A stretch of 64,000 bases of DNA from Candidatus Omnitrophota bacterium (GTDB lineage: Bacteria; Omnitrophota; Gorgyraeia; JABMRJ01), in contig JADHWH010000002.1 of NCBI GenBank assembly GCA_016783555.1, positions 2,037-66,036 on the forward strand, in the 5' to 3' direction. Shown here piece after piece: positions 18,552-27,708 of the stretch. Position numbers and translations under genes: made by a program. The notes beneath the pieces are model-generated. The model did not search any database and was not told where the DNA came from. It saw only the letters and a list, made by a program, of their open reading frames with translations. Position 1 is the first letter of the stretch. Each line of letters starts with the position of its first letter.

Positions 18552-19222
18552 CGAAAAAGAAAGCGGTAGTATTATTGTCGGGAGGCGTAGATTCGGCCAC
18601 AACTCTCTTTATGGCTAAAGAGAAGGGCTACGAATGCCTTCCCCTTATCTTCGACTACGGCCAGAGGCACAAGAGAGAGCTTGAATCGGCCAAGAAGATA
18701 TCGGATAGCGCCGGCTGCAGGCATAAGGTATTAAAGATAGAACTTCCGTGGAAAGGAAGCGCCCTTCTAAACAAGAAGAAGAAGTTACCGAACAATAGAT
18801 CCTTTAAAGAGATAAAAAAAGGTATTCCTTCAACGTATGTACCTGCGAGAAATACGATATTTTTGAGCTTTGCGTTGAGTTACGCCGAGGCCATAGGCGC
18901 GTACAAGATATTTATCGGCGCAAACGCCGTTGATTTTTCGGGATACCCGGATTGCAGGCCCGCGTTTTTAAAGGCCTTCGAAAACGTCATAAGAGACGGG
19001 ACAAGAAGAGGCATGGAAGGAAAGCGGATCGCCATCGAAGCGCCTCTTATATTAAAGACCAAATCGCAGATCATAGAAGAGGGAGAGAGGCTTAAAGTCC
19101 CTTATGAATATACATGGTCGTGCTATGCCGGAGAGAGTTCCCCCTGCGGCAATTGCGACTCCTGCATCATAAGAAAGAAGGGGTTTGAGGGGGCGGGCAT
19201 AAAAGACCCGCTTGTAGAATAA
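18548..19222 (+). CDS. queC: 7-cyano-7-deazaguanine synthase
   Basis: PP-loop VVLLSGGVDSAT; C-terminal zinc site CYAGESSPCGNCDSC. Confidence 0.9.
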   Translation: MTKKKAVVLLSGGVDSATTLFMAKEKGYECLPLIFDYGQRHKRELESAKKISDSAGCRHKVLKIELPWKGSALLNKKKKLPNNRSFKEIKKGIPSTYVPARNTIFLSFALSYAEAIGAYKIFIGANAVDFSGYPDCRPAFLKAFENVIRDGTRRGMEGKRIAIEAPLILKTKSQIIEEGERLKVPYEYTWSCYAGESSPCGNCDSCIIRKKGFEGAGIKDPLVE

Positions 19223-19935
19223 TGGAAAAAGAGAGAAGCCCGAAAGCGGATGTACTTGAGATATTCTCTTCGGTCCAGGGCGAAGGCCCGTTCGTCGGCA
19301 TAAAGCAGATATTTATAAAGTTTGCCGCTTGTAACGTAACGTGCAAATTCTGCGATTTAGAGCGCAATCTACCCCCGAAGGAATTTTCCATCGAGAAACT
19401 CTTAAGTGTCGTGAAACAGATTTGCGTGAATTCAGGCGATCACCATTCCATGTCTCTTACCGGCGGAGAACCGCTTCTCTATAAAAACTTTCTAAAAGAT
19501 TTCCTTCCGAGGATTAAAAAGGAGCATAAGGATTTAAAGGTCTACCTTGAGACCAACTCCACGCTTGTTCATTCCTTAAAAGAGATAATAGACTTTGTCG
19601 ATATAATAGCTATGGATTTTAAACTGCCGACTTCTACAGGGACTAAGGATTACTGGAAGGAGCATAAAGAGTTCTTAAGCGTGGCGCGCAAGAAGAACTG
19701 TTTCGTCAAGGTAGTAATAACAAACGAGACGAGAGAAAGTGATATTAAGAAGGCGGTAAACGTAATTTGCGGCATAGACAAAGATTTATTATTAGTGCTT
19801 CAGCCGGTATGGCCCGTAAGGAATATAGAACGAGCAAAGACCTCACTTTTGTTCGATTATCTATTTTTGGCGGAGAGACGGCTGAACAATGTCAGGATAA
19901 TGCCGCAGATGCACAAAGTTCTTAGGGTAAGATAA
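19222..19935 (+). CDS. queE: 7-carboxy-7-deazaguanine synthase (radical SAM)
   Basis: CNVTCKFCD cluster motif; QueE-like length; operon position. Confidence 0.85.
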   Translation: MEKERSPKADVLEIFSSVQGEGPFVGIKQIFIKFAACNVTCKFCDLERNLPPKEFSIEKLLSVVKQICVNSGDHHSMSLTGGEPLLYKNFLKDFLPRIKKEHKDLKVYLETNSTLVHSLKEIIDFVDIIAMDFKLPTSTGTKDYWKEHKEFLSVARKKNCFVKVVITNETRESDIKKAVNVICGIDKDLLLVLQPVWPVRNIERAKTSLLFDYLFLAERRLNNVRIMPQMHKVLRVR

Positions 19936-19936
19936 T

Positions 19937-20461
19937 ATGAGAAAATCCGAAATCCGAAATCCGAAATCCGAAACAAATCCAAAATCGCAAATTTCAAATT
20001 ATGAAGGGTTGCAAGCAGACATCAGAAATTTAAGGACACCAAAAATAGACGTCTGGGAGAACAAATATCCCGAAAAGGAATACACGGTCAATCTAGAGAG
20101 TGCGGAGTTTACATGCATATGCCCGAAGACGGGGCTCCCGGATTTCGCGACTATAAAGTTAAAATACAGACCGGATAAGCGGTGCGTAGAGCTTAAGTCA
20201 TTTAAACTCTATATAATCTCTTATCGCGGCGTGGGTATATTCCACGAACACGCCGTTAATAAGATCTTGGACGATTTTGTCAAGGCATGCTCGCCCCGCT
20301 GGGCGCACATTGAGATGGTGTTTAACCCCAGAGGAGGCATAACGACTACAGTAGAAGCGGAGTATGCCAAGAGCGAAAAACTCAAAGCGCAAAGCGCAAA
20401 ACTAAAAGGTAAAACTAAAAATGAAAAAAATAAATACAAGAAAGATAAAACAAATAGTTAG
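19937..20461 (+). CDS. queF: NADPH-dependent 7-cyano-7-deazaguanine reductase (type I QueF) with repeat-encoded N-terminal and Lys-rich C-terminal tails
   Basis: FTCICPKTGLPDFA and ELKSFKLY motifs. The 5' end contains an AAATCCG x4 DNA repeat. Confidence 0.8.
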   Translation: MRKSEIRNPKSETNPKSQISNYEGLQADIRNLRTPKIDVWENKYPEKEYTVNLESAEFTCICPKTGLPDFATIKLKYRPDKRCVELKSFKLYIISYRGVGIFHEHAVNKILDDFVKACSPRWAHIEMVFNPRGGITTTVEAEYAKSEKLKAQSAKLKGKTKNEKNKYKKDKTNS

Positions 20462-21263
20462 TCAGCTATGCATTGAGGCGAATATGAACTTAAGAAAAGA
20501 TATCCTCAATGCATTGAAGAAAGCCCTTAAGGTTGAAAGAAATAAAAGAGCGAAAAGGATATTAAGAGAGATTATCGATAACGCAAGGATAGCGAAGACT
20601 GAGAGACTGCCCATATGTCAGGATACGGGCGTAGCCGTAGTCTATTGCGAGATAGGCCAGGATGTCTCAATTGTGGGGAGTGAGTTTGAGAAGGCCGTTA
20701 ATGAGGGGGTAAGAGAAGGTTACAGGAAGGGAAATTTAAGAAAGTCCGTCGTCTCTTCCCCTATCGAAAGAGAGAATACGCGCACAAACACACCCGCCGT
20801 TATTCATACGCGGATTGTGCCGGGAAACAAATTAAGAATAACGGTCTGCCCGAAGGGATTCGGCAGTGAAAATAAGAGCGATATCAGGATGTTTGAGCCA
20901 ACCGCGACTACTAAGGATATAAAAGATTTTGTGCTGGATGTCGTAAGGAATTGCGGCGCCGAGGCATGCCCCCCGTTAGTCTTAGGTATCGGCATCGGAG
21001 GGACTTTTGAAAAGGCGGCAGGGCTTGCCAAATTATCATTACTGCGCCCTATTGGCAAAAGAAATCCTAAAAAGCATATCGGGAGATTAGAGAGAGAACT
21101 CTTAGGCGATATTAACAGGCTGAATATAGGGCCGATGGGGCTCGGCGGCAAGACGACGGCGTTGGCCGTGAATATCCTGGAATTTCCGACGCATATCGCG
21201 GGATTGCCCGTTGCGGTCTGCGTATCATGCCACGCCACAAGAAGCGCCAAGAAGGTATTATGA
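20421..21263 (+). CDS. class I (Fe-S) fumarate hydratase, alpha (N-terminal domain) subunit
   Basis: ICQDTGVAVVY and downstream Cys ligands. 5' end overlaps the queF tail, so the true start may be later. Confidence 0.85.
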   Translation: MKKINTRKIKQIVSQLCIEANMNLRKDILNALKKALKVERNKRAKRILREIIDNARIAKTERLPICQDTGVAVVYCEIGQDVSIVGSEFEKAVNEGVREGYRKGNLRKSVVSSPIERENTRTNTPAVIHTRIVPGNKLRITVCPKGFGSENKSDIRMFEPTATTKDIKDFVLDVVRNCGAEACPPLVLGIGIGGTFEKAAGLAKLSLLRPIGKRNPKKHIGRLERELLGDINRLNIGPMGLGGKTTALAVNILEFPTHIAGLPVAVCVSCHATRSAKKVL

Positions 21264-21787
21264 TAAAGATAGAATTGCCACTCGACAGAAAGAAGAGAGT
21301 CTCCTTAAAAACAGGCCAGAGACTCCTTTTATACGGGAAGTTATATACAGCCAGGGATATGGCGCATAAAAGACTTAGAGAGATGATAAGAAAAAGATCG
21401 CCCCTTCCTATTTCTTTAAAGGGCGAGATACTGTATTATTGCGGCCCTACGCCGCCTCCGCCGGGAAGGCCGATCGGCTCCTGCGGCCCTACCACCAGCT
21501 CCAGGATGGACCCTTTTACCATACCGCTTCTTAAGAAAGGGTTGGGCGGCATGATAGGGAAAGGTAGAAGGTCGCCCGATATACGCAGGGCGATAAAGAG
21601 CCACAGGGGCGTCTATTTAATAGCCACAGGGGGAGCGGGGGCGCTTCTCTCCGGCAAGGTAAAGAGAGCGAGTATCGTGGCCTTTCGCGATCTTGGGCCC
21701 GAGGCGATATATGAACTGGAAGTGGAGGGCTTTCCTGTAATTGTGGCCATAGACAGTAGAGGGAGAGATATTTATGATGAGAAATAA
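21260..21787 (+). CDS. class I (Fe-S) fumarate hydratase, beta (C-terminal domain) subunit
   Basis: [25 protein letters not shown]; start set at ATG 21260 (ATGA overlap, SD GAAGG). Confidence 0.85.
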   Translation: MIKIELPLDRKKRVSLKTGQRLLLYGKLYTARDMAHKRLREMIRKRSPLPISLKGEILYYCGPTPPPPGRPIGSCGPTTSSRMDPFTIPLLKKGLGGMIGKGRRSPDIRRAIKSHRGVYLIATGGAGALLSGKVKRASIVAFRDLGPEAIYELEVEGFPVIVAIDSRGRDIYDEK

Positions 21788-22502
21788 TGGAAGAAAACAC
21801 GACGTTTTAAGAAAGATTAAGATCACGCGCAACTATATGAACTTCGCAGAGGGCTCTTGTCTTATAGAGATCGGTAAGACAAAGGTTGTCTGTACCGCCT
21901 CTGTCGAAGCCGGCGTGCCTATATTTTTAAGGGGTAAGGGTAGAGGCTGGCTTACGGCGGAATACGGGATGCTTCCGCGTTCCTGTAAAAGTCGTGTTGC
22001 AAGAGAATCTTCGAGAGGCAGGGTCGGCGGAAGGACCCACGAGATCCAGCGGCTTATAGGAAGGTCCTTGAGGTCAGTCGCCTCTTTAGATTCCCTTGGC
22101 GAGCGGACAATCTGGATGGATTGCGATGTTATCCAGGCTGATGGGGGGACGAGGACCGCAGGTATAACCGGCAGCTTTATAGCCCTGGTAGACGCCCTGA
22201 AGTCTTTAAAGGAAGACGGGGTTTTGACTGACATCCCGCTGTGCGGTTATGTGGCAGCGGTGAGCGTGGGCATAGTTGACGGTAAGAAATTTTTAGATCT
22301 TGACTACGACGAAGACGTCAGGGCGGAAGTTGATATGAATATTGTTATGACGGATTCGGGCAGGTTTATCGAGGTGCAGGGAACGGCCGAAGGCACGCCA
22401 TTCAGTGGTACAGAGCTTAACGGATTGATCAATCTGGCCAATAAGGGTATAAAAGGAATCGTGAGCGCCCAAAAGAAGGCCTTGGGCAAAGATGCCTTAT
22501 GA
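21774..22502 (+). CDS. rph: ribonuclease PH
   Basis: RPDGR-like N-terminus ([11 protein letters not shown]), [33 protein letters not shown]. Confidence 0.9.
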   Translation: MMRNNGRKHDVLRKIKITRNYMNFAEGSCLIEIGKTKVVCTASVEAGVPIFLRGKGRGWLTAEYGMLPRSCKSRVARESSRGRVGGRTHEIQRLIGRSLRSVASLDSLGERTIWMDCDVIQADGGTRTAGITGSFIALVDALKSLKEDGVLTDIPLCGYVAAVSVGIVDGKKFLDLDYDEDVRAEVDMNIVMTDSGRFIEVQGTAEGTPFSGTELNGLINLANKGIKGIVSAQKKALGKDAL

Positions 22503-23116
22503 AGCGGGAGCTTGTAATATCTACTAGAAATAAGAAGAAATTCAGAGAGATCAAAAGGCTCTTTAAAGGTTCTAATATAAAGATATCCTCTTTAAATAGA
22601 TTTCCAGGCATACCCCGGGTCATTGAAGACAAGAAGACCTTCAATGGCAACGCCGTAAAGAAGGCGCTTCTTGTATCAAGGCGCACTAAGAGACTGGTCC
22701 TGGCGGATGATTCAGGCCTTGAGGTCTATTCTCTCCACGGAAGACCCGGAGTCTTCTCTTCCCGCTACGCAGGGCCGGGAAAGAGCGACAGGCTCAACTG
22801 CCTTAAACTGCTTCGGGCTTTGAGAAATAAGCCACCCGGCAAAAGAAAGGCCCGCTTCAGATGCGCTGTAGCGATAGCAGATGAGGGAGGGCTTATCAAA
22901 GTTATTGAGAAATCTTGCTCGGGTAAGATCGGGTATGATATGGAGGGTGGATCCGGCTTTGGATACGACCCTCTATTTATACCCCGCGGCTATAAAAAGA
23001 GTTTCGCGCAATTAGGTTCGAAGGTAAAAGATAAGCTGAGCCACAGAGGAAAGGCATTACGGCGGGCAAAGGGTTTTATCGAAAAATATCTTTCAGGATC
23101 CCCTCGACCTCTTTAA
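22499..23116 (+). CDS. rdgB: non-canonical purine NTP pyrophosphatase (RdgB/HAM1)
   Basis: [27 protein letters not shown] motifs. Confidence 0.85.
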   Translation: MKRELVISTRNKKKFREIKRLFKGSNIKISSLNRFPGIPRVIEDKKTFNGNAVKKALLVSRRTKRLVLADDSGLEVYSLHGRPGVFSSRYAGPGKSDRLNCLKLLRALRNKPPGKRKARFRCAVAIADEGGLIKVIEKSCSGKIGYDMEGGSGFGYDPLFIPRGYKKSFAQLGSKVKDKLSHRGKALRRAKGFIEKYLSGSPRPL

Positions 23117-24758
23117 ACTCACCCTTGAAGATTTCCTTGACGGGCGCTGAACTCATTTTATATTGAGGCTCTTTCAATGTGCCGGTAATCTTCACCCTCC
23201 CCATATAATTACCGGCCTCTGAAATAAGAAGATTGGCTATCTGGGAGGCGTCCGAAGTCCCTTCTACTAAATCCTGTATTATATGCGTCTTCATCAAGAG
23301 ATCTATATTTTGATCGAAATCGACAGAGCCCATAAGGGTCATATTTACCTTTTCGCTGAAAAAAGTAAGGTCTTCGGTTGATATCTTTCTTTGGCCCACG
23401 ATGAAGTTGCCAAACGCCTCTTGGAATGTTACGGAATCAAGACCGGAAAGCTTCAGCAATTCCGCTGCACCGCCCAATAACGGCAATTCCCAGAGATGGC
23501 CGTCTATAACTTTAACCCAGCCGTTGCCGCGCAGGGTCTCTGTCGAAGCCGCCTTTCCGTTAAGGAAGAACTTGCTTGATATAAAACCTTTCATCTTCTC
23601 CTGCCCGAAATTCATATCAGCTGAAAATTTTGCCAGGTTTAGGTCTCTTAGCTCGAAGCTTACGGAATATGGAATATCTTTTTTATCGAGCTCCGCGGAT
23701 ATAATCACAGCCAGATGCCCAAGATACGGCTTTAGGGTAAACCTCTCTGTATTGAGACGCCCGTCTTTTAACCTCAGGTCTAAGTTGAGGTCATCAAGGG
23801 CGAGCCCATGCAGAAAGACCTTATTGGACTTTAATTTCACACTGGCCTCGGAAGCCTCAATCTCGCTTAAGTTCCCGTTAAAAAATACGGCGGCATGACA
23901 CAACCCGGCGGGATTTAATGAATCCTGTATATATCCGGATCTGGGGAGGGCCTTCTTTAAATCCGCAAGATCTAAGCTGGCTTCGCCATAGATATTGATT
24001 AGCGGGTCGGTCAGACCTTTAATCTCCCCCATGATCTCAAAAGAGGATCCGAGAAACGTCCCGCCGATCTTCTCTATCTTCAGGTAGTCATACTTAAGGA
24101 TGAAGTTCCCTTCAGATTTTAGCATAGGAGATGTAAGAGATAGCCGGCCCTGCGGGGAGTCTTTATCCAGATCTGTTATACTGCCTTCTATATTGTAGAC
24201 CGTGTTCTTATATTTAAGGAAGGTGTCATCCAGGCGGATGGTCTCTTTGTCTAAATTTACCTCCCCTGAGATGTTCTCTATTTCAGTGGGCAGGCCGGGG
24301 GCCTCTACGGAAAAATTCGCGAATTTCACAGTCCCATCAAGACCTTTAAAAAATAAGCGTTGCTCCGCGGCCTCGCTTTTTCTTAATGATATATACACAA
24401 CACCGCTTAACTTTGTGGAATTATGTGTGAGATCCTTCAGCCCCACACGCGCCTTGATATCCCTTTCTTTCAAAAGCGGCCAGAGGCTGATGTTGAAAGA
24501 TAGCTCGTTTAGGATTATTAACGGATTACTGGAGGGCGTGTTATCATAGATAGTGATGTCATTGAGATAGAATTGGCTGATCGGCAGATAATTAATGCTG
24601 CCGATGGAGACACTGCGGCCGGTCTTCTCTTCCAGGAAATTTGTAACAAGGCCTTTTATCTTGACGGGCAGTACGTATTTATTTATGTACCAGACGCCAA
24701 TAAGAAGGCCGAACAATATCGTCAATATTATGATTATAACGGTTATTTTTGTTTTCAT
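23076..24758 (-). CDS. AsmA-family outer-membrane biogenesis protein (probable)
   Basis: N-terminal TM anchor then a large, repeat-like, beta-rich periplasmic region with Lys-rich C-terminus. Convergent with and overlapping rdgB. Confidence 0.5.
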   Translation of the reverse strand: MKTKITVIIIILTILFGLLIGVWYINKYVLPVKIKGLVTNFLEEKTGRSVSIGSINYLPISQFYLNDITIYDNTPSSNPLIILNELSFNISLWPLLKERDIKARVGLKDLTHNSTKLSGVVYISLRKSEAAEQRLFFKGLDGTVKFANFSVEAPGLPTEIENISGEVNLDKETIRLDDTFLKYKNTVYNIEGSITDLDKDSPQGRLSLTSPMLKSEGNFILKYDYLKIEKIGGTFLGSSFEIMGEIKGLTDPLINIYGEASLDLADLKKALPRSGYIQDSLNPAGLCHAAVFFNGNLSEIEASEASVKLKSNKVFLHGLALDDLNLDLRLKDGRLNTERFTLKPYLGHLAVIISAELDKKDIPYSVSFELRDLNLAKFSADMNFGQEKMKGFISSKFFLNGKAASTETLRGNGWVKVIDGHLWELPLLGGAAELLKLSGLDSVTFQEAFGNFIVGQRKISTEDLTFFSEKVNMTLMGSVDFDQNIDLLMKTHIIQDLVEGTSDASQIANLLISEAGNYMGRVKITGTLKEPQYKMSSAPVKEIFKGEFKEVEGILKDIFR

Positions 24759-24880
24759 AATGCGATCTTCTTTAAAATCAATCTATTATATACTACATAG
24801 AACGCATATTCAAGCCAATTTTGCAGCCTCTAAGCCGGGTAAAATTGTCAGGCCGGCCTCTAAGATCATTTGACAAATAT

Positions 24881-25912
24881 ATGATTTCAATATATACTTT
24901 TAGAAAAGAGGTGCATGTGAGAATAGAGAGAAATATTAGATACTCGGTTTTGGCAGCAGTTTTTTTATCTTCTATCCTTTTACCTGTATTTACCGCAGAA
25001 GGAAAGGGATCGGAAAAAAAATCCGAAATAGAAGAGCAGGCGCTTTACAAACGGCAGAAGGATGCTCGCAATCTATACGATGTAAAGTTTCCCGAAAAAA
25101 AAGAAAAGTCAGATCTGGAAAAGCATCTTGAAACCAGGATCGCGGGATTGAGAGAGCTTTTTGAAGAAGAGAGGAAGGCCGAAAGGGAAGAGAGGAAGAG
25201 AAAGACGAGGGAGGCGGTAGAGGCCCGTAAGAAGGCGAAGAAGCAGTCGATCCCGGAGAAAAGAGCTCGCAGAGAAGAGGTACGCCGAAAAAGGAAAGAA
25301 TTATTACAGGAGAAGAGAGATAAGCTTAAAAAAGAGCTTGAGAGGCGGAAGCGAGAAAGGCAAGAAGCGCGGGAAGAGAAGATTAGTAAAGAGAAAGAGG
25401 CCAAGCTTAAAAAGAGGGCCGAAAGAAAGGCCCAGCTTAAAGAAGATAAAAAGAGATTGAGAGAAGAAAGGGAGAGAAAGAAGGCCGAGAAAAAGGCTAA
25501 GATAGAAGAGAAGCGGAAGAGATTGAAAGAAGAAAGAGAGAGGCGAAAGGCCGAGAGAAAAGCAAGGCTTGAAGAGAAGAAGAGGAAGAAAGAAGAAGAA
25601 AAGAAAAGACGAGAAGCAGAGAAAAGACCTGAGCCCGAAAAGAAAGAGATAAAAGAAGAACGAAAAGAGAGAGAAGAAGATAAGGCCGAGGAAGAGAGAG
25701 GGTTAGAAGAAGTTAAGAGAGAAGAGCAGGCTGATCTGAAAAAGATTGCCGAGGAAGAGATGGCCTATGCCATAAGGCATAGAGGTTCACACCGATTCAT
25801 TGACTTGCTGCTTGAAGAAGGAGATATCTTATTTAACGAAGGAAAATACGAAGAGGCAGCCAAGAGGTATTTTAAGGTCAACCGCGCCGTTGCCGGCGAA
25901 GTTGTCGAGTAA
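24881..25912 (+). CDS. secreted Lys/Glu/Arg-rich low-complexity (charged coiled-coil) protein with short C-terminal TPR-like segment
   Basis: Hydrophobic signal-like segment (VLAAVFLSSILLPVFTAEG), then about 250 aa of KE/R repeats. Start is uncertain: 24821, 24881 and GTG 24911 are all in frame. Confidence 0.45.
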   Translation: MISIYTFRKEVHVRIERNIRYSVLAAVFLSSILLPVFTAEGKGSEKKSEIEEQALYKRQKDARNLYDVKFPEKKEKSDLEKHLETRIAGLRELFEEERKAEREERKRKTREAVEARKKAKKQSIPEKRARREEVRRKRKELLQEKRDKLKKELERRKRERQEAREEKISKEKEAKLKKRAERKAQLKEDKKRLREERERKKAEKKAKIEEKRKRLKEERERRKAERKARLEEKKRKKEEEKKRREAEKRPEPEKKEIKEERKEREEDKAEEERGLEEVKREEQADLKKIAEEEMAYAIRHRGSHRFIDLLLEEGDILFNEGKYEEAAKRYFKVNRAVAGEVVE

Positions 25913-25975
25913 AAAATAGGGACAGGTCCATTTTTCCCGAGAGAGACATTGAAAAATGGACCTGTCCCTATTTTT
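25912..25975. terminator. bidirectional rho-independent terminator (24-bp perfect inverted repeat flanked by A- and T-runs)
   Basis: AAAAATAGGGACAGGTCCATTTTT-N16-AAAAATGGACCTGTCCCTATTTTT between the convergent KE-rich gene and tRNA-Arg. Confidence 0.7.
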
Positions 25976-25981
25976 ATAAAT

Positions 25982-26058
25982 TGGCGCGCCTGGCAGGACT
26001 CGAACCTGCAACCAAGTGGTTCGAAGCCACCTACTCTATCCATTGAGCTACAGGCGCG
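25982..26058 (-). tRNA. tRNA-Arg (anticodon TCG)
   Basis: Reverse complement folds as a cloverleaf with anticodon loop CTTCGAA, T-loop GTTCGAGTC, CCA end encoded. Confidence 0.85.
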
Positions 26059-26350
26059 GGATCAACTTCAACTTAACCGGCGGGCTTCTCGTTGTCGTCG
26101 CCGGTCAACGACTTTTGCGCGTTCTTGAATTCCTTTATAGCCTTCCCCAGAGACCTTGCTATTTTAGGCAAGTTTTTAACATCGAACAAGACAAGGCAGA
26201 TGACCAATATTACTATAATCTCGGGAAGGCCTATCCCAAACATGAAGACCCCTTTTTGTTATTACAAGAATAGCATATGCGCGCCGAAAATTCAAGATTA
26301 AAAACGTTGACTATCCCATACAATATTACTATAATATTACCATATAAAAC

Positions 26351-26428
<78 letters not shown>

Positions 26429-26585
26429 GAATTGCTACTTTGAAATTCATCGGGTGTTGTGAGAGGATTCGAAGCGAGCGAGCGCCGAGCAAAGCGAGGA
26501 TAAGGCCGATAGCCGCGAAGCGGCGAGGCCGTAAGCGAGTGAGGGGAGCCTACGCAGCGAGCGCATAAGCGCGAGCGTAGTAGGC

Positions 26586-26606
26586 GAATCCTCTCACCCC
26601 GACCAG
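26586..26606. repeat. 21-bp perfect direct repeat of the tRNA-Pro 3' end (GAATCCTCTCACCCCGACCAG); att-like scar
   Basis: Identical to 26409..26429. A partial inverted copy (GTGAGAGGATTCGAA) lies at 26460..26474. Confidence 0.8.
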
Positions 26607-26614
26607 GGTAACGT

Positions 26615-26691
26615 GCGCCTGTAGCTCAGTTGGATAGAGCATCTGCCTTCTAAGCCGAGGGTCGCAGGTTCGAATCCTGCCAGGCGTACCA
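26615..26691 (+). tRNA. tRNA-Arg (anticodon TCT)
   Basis: GCGCCTGTAGCTCAGTTGGATAGAGC...anticodon loop CTTCTAA...GGTTCGAATCC...ACCA; one mismatch in the anticodon stem. Confidence 0.8.
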
Positions 26692-26794
26692 ATTCCGCCA
26701 AAGGCGGAAATGATCCTGAGCGAGTACTTGACATCGAAGATGTCAAGTACGAAGCGAAGGACCTTAAGATATTTCGCCGAAGGCGGAAATTTAC

Positions 26795-26872
26795 GGTGGG
26801 TGTAGCTCAGTTGGTCAGAGCACTTGACTGTGGCTCAAGTGGTCGGGAGTTCAAGTCTCCTCACCCACCCCA
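26795..26872 (+). tRNA. tRNA-His (anticodon GTG) with encoded G-1
   Basis: Extra 5' G pairing with discriminator C; anticodon loop CTGTGGC; CCA encoded. Confidence 0.85.
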
Positions 26873-26925
26873 GTGTTTGATTTTTTACGAAAGTTAACAA
26901 GAAACAGAAAAAAAATGGAGAAGAT

Positions 26926-27291
26926 ATGAAGTCAAAAAAGGTATTGGTAATCGATGACGAAAAGGATCTGCTTGAGTTGTTGACAACCAGGCTTCAGGGC
27001 GAAGGCTTTGAAGTCACCTGCGCATTTAACGGGAAAGAGGGGCTGGACAAGGCCGCTGAATGGAAACCGGATTTAATACTTCTGGATATCATGATGCCCG
27101 AGATGGACGGCATTCAGACATTGAAGGTATTAAAAGAGACGTCCGAGACAAGGACCATACCCGTGATTATGCTTACCTGTAAAGGAGAGACAGAGAGTAT
27201 ATTTAAGACAGAGAAGCTGGGATCGACAGATTATATCATAAAACCGTTTGACTCGACTGAATTGCTCAGTCTGGTTAAGAGGTATATCTAA
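26926..27291 (+). CDS. stand-alone response-regulator receiver (CheY-like)
   Basis: VLVIDDE...phospho-acceptor D in LILLDIMMPEMDG...conserved T and K. Confidence 0.85.
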   Translation: MKSKKVLVIDDEKDLLELLTTRLQGEGFEVTCAFNGKEGLDKAAEWKPDLILLDIMMPEMDGIQTLKVLKETSETRTIPVIMLTCKGETESIFKTEKLGSTDYIIKPFDSTELLSLVKRYI

Positions 27292-27299
27292 CCAAAGAG

Positions 27300-27686
27300 A
27301 TGGCAAAAGAGAAGATACTCGTTATCGATGACGAAAAAGAATTCTTAAGCCTGCTTGAGAGCCGGCTTGGGGCGGAGGGCTATGAGGTCATCACCGCTTC
27401 AAACGGTATTGAGGGCTTAGAGAGGGTTAGAGAACAGAAACCGGATTTAGTGGTCTGCGATATAGGGATGCCCTTGAAAGACGGTTTTGAAGTTCTAAAG
27501 GAGATAAGGGAAGGGGTAGACAAGCGCCTTCCCGTTATCATAGCTTCAGTTGTAGATGATTTCGATAAGATCACCAAGGTCTATGAAGACGAAGCGGATT
27601 TTTTTGTATCCAAACCGGTCGAGATTATAACGCTTTCGAAGAATATAAGAACCCTGCTTAATCTGTGCAAAGGTAAACGCGAGTAG
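27300..27686 (+). CDS. stand-alone response-regulator receiver (CheY-like)
   Basis: ILVIDDEKEF...DLVVCDIGMPLKDG. Confidence 0.85.
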   Translation: MAKEKILVIDDEKEFLSLLESRLGAEGYEVITASNGIEGLERVREQKPDLVVCDIGMPLKDGFEVLKEIREGVDKRLPVIIASVVDDFDKITKVYEDEADFFVSKPVEIITLSKNIRTLLNLCKGKRE

Positions 27687-27708
27687 TAACTATTGTAGAA
27701 AGCAGAAG

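Noticed and set aside
24573-24873. Short ORFs 24573..24800 and 24595..24873 in the AsmA-like/KE-rich divergent region
   Set aside because: They overlap the 5' end of the minus-strand AsmA-like gene and each other; no SD and no motifs.
25765-26043. Minus-strand ORFs overlapping tRNA-Arg(TCG) and the terminator palindrome
   Set aside because: The region is better explained by a tRNA gene plus a bidirectional terminator; no SD or start context.
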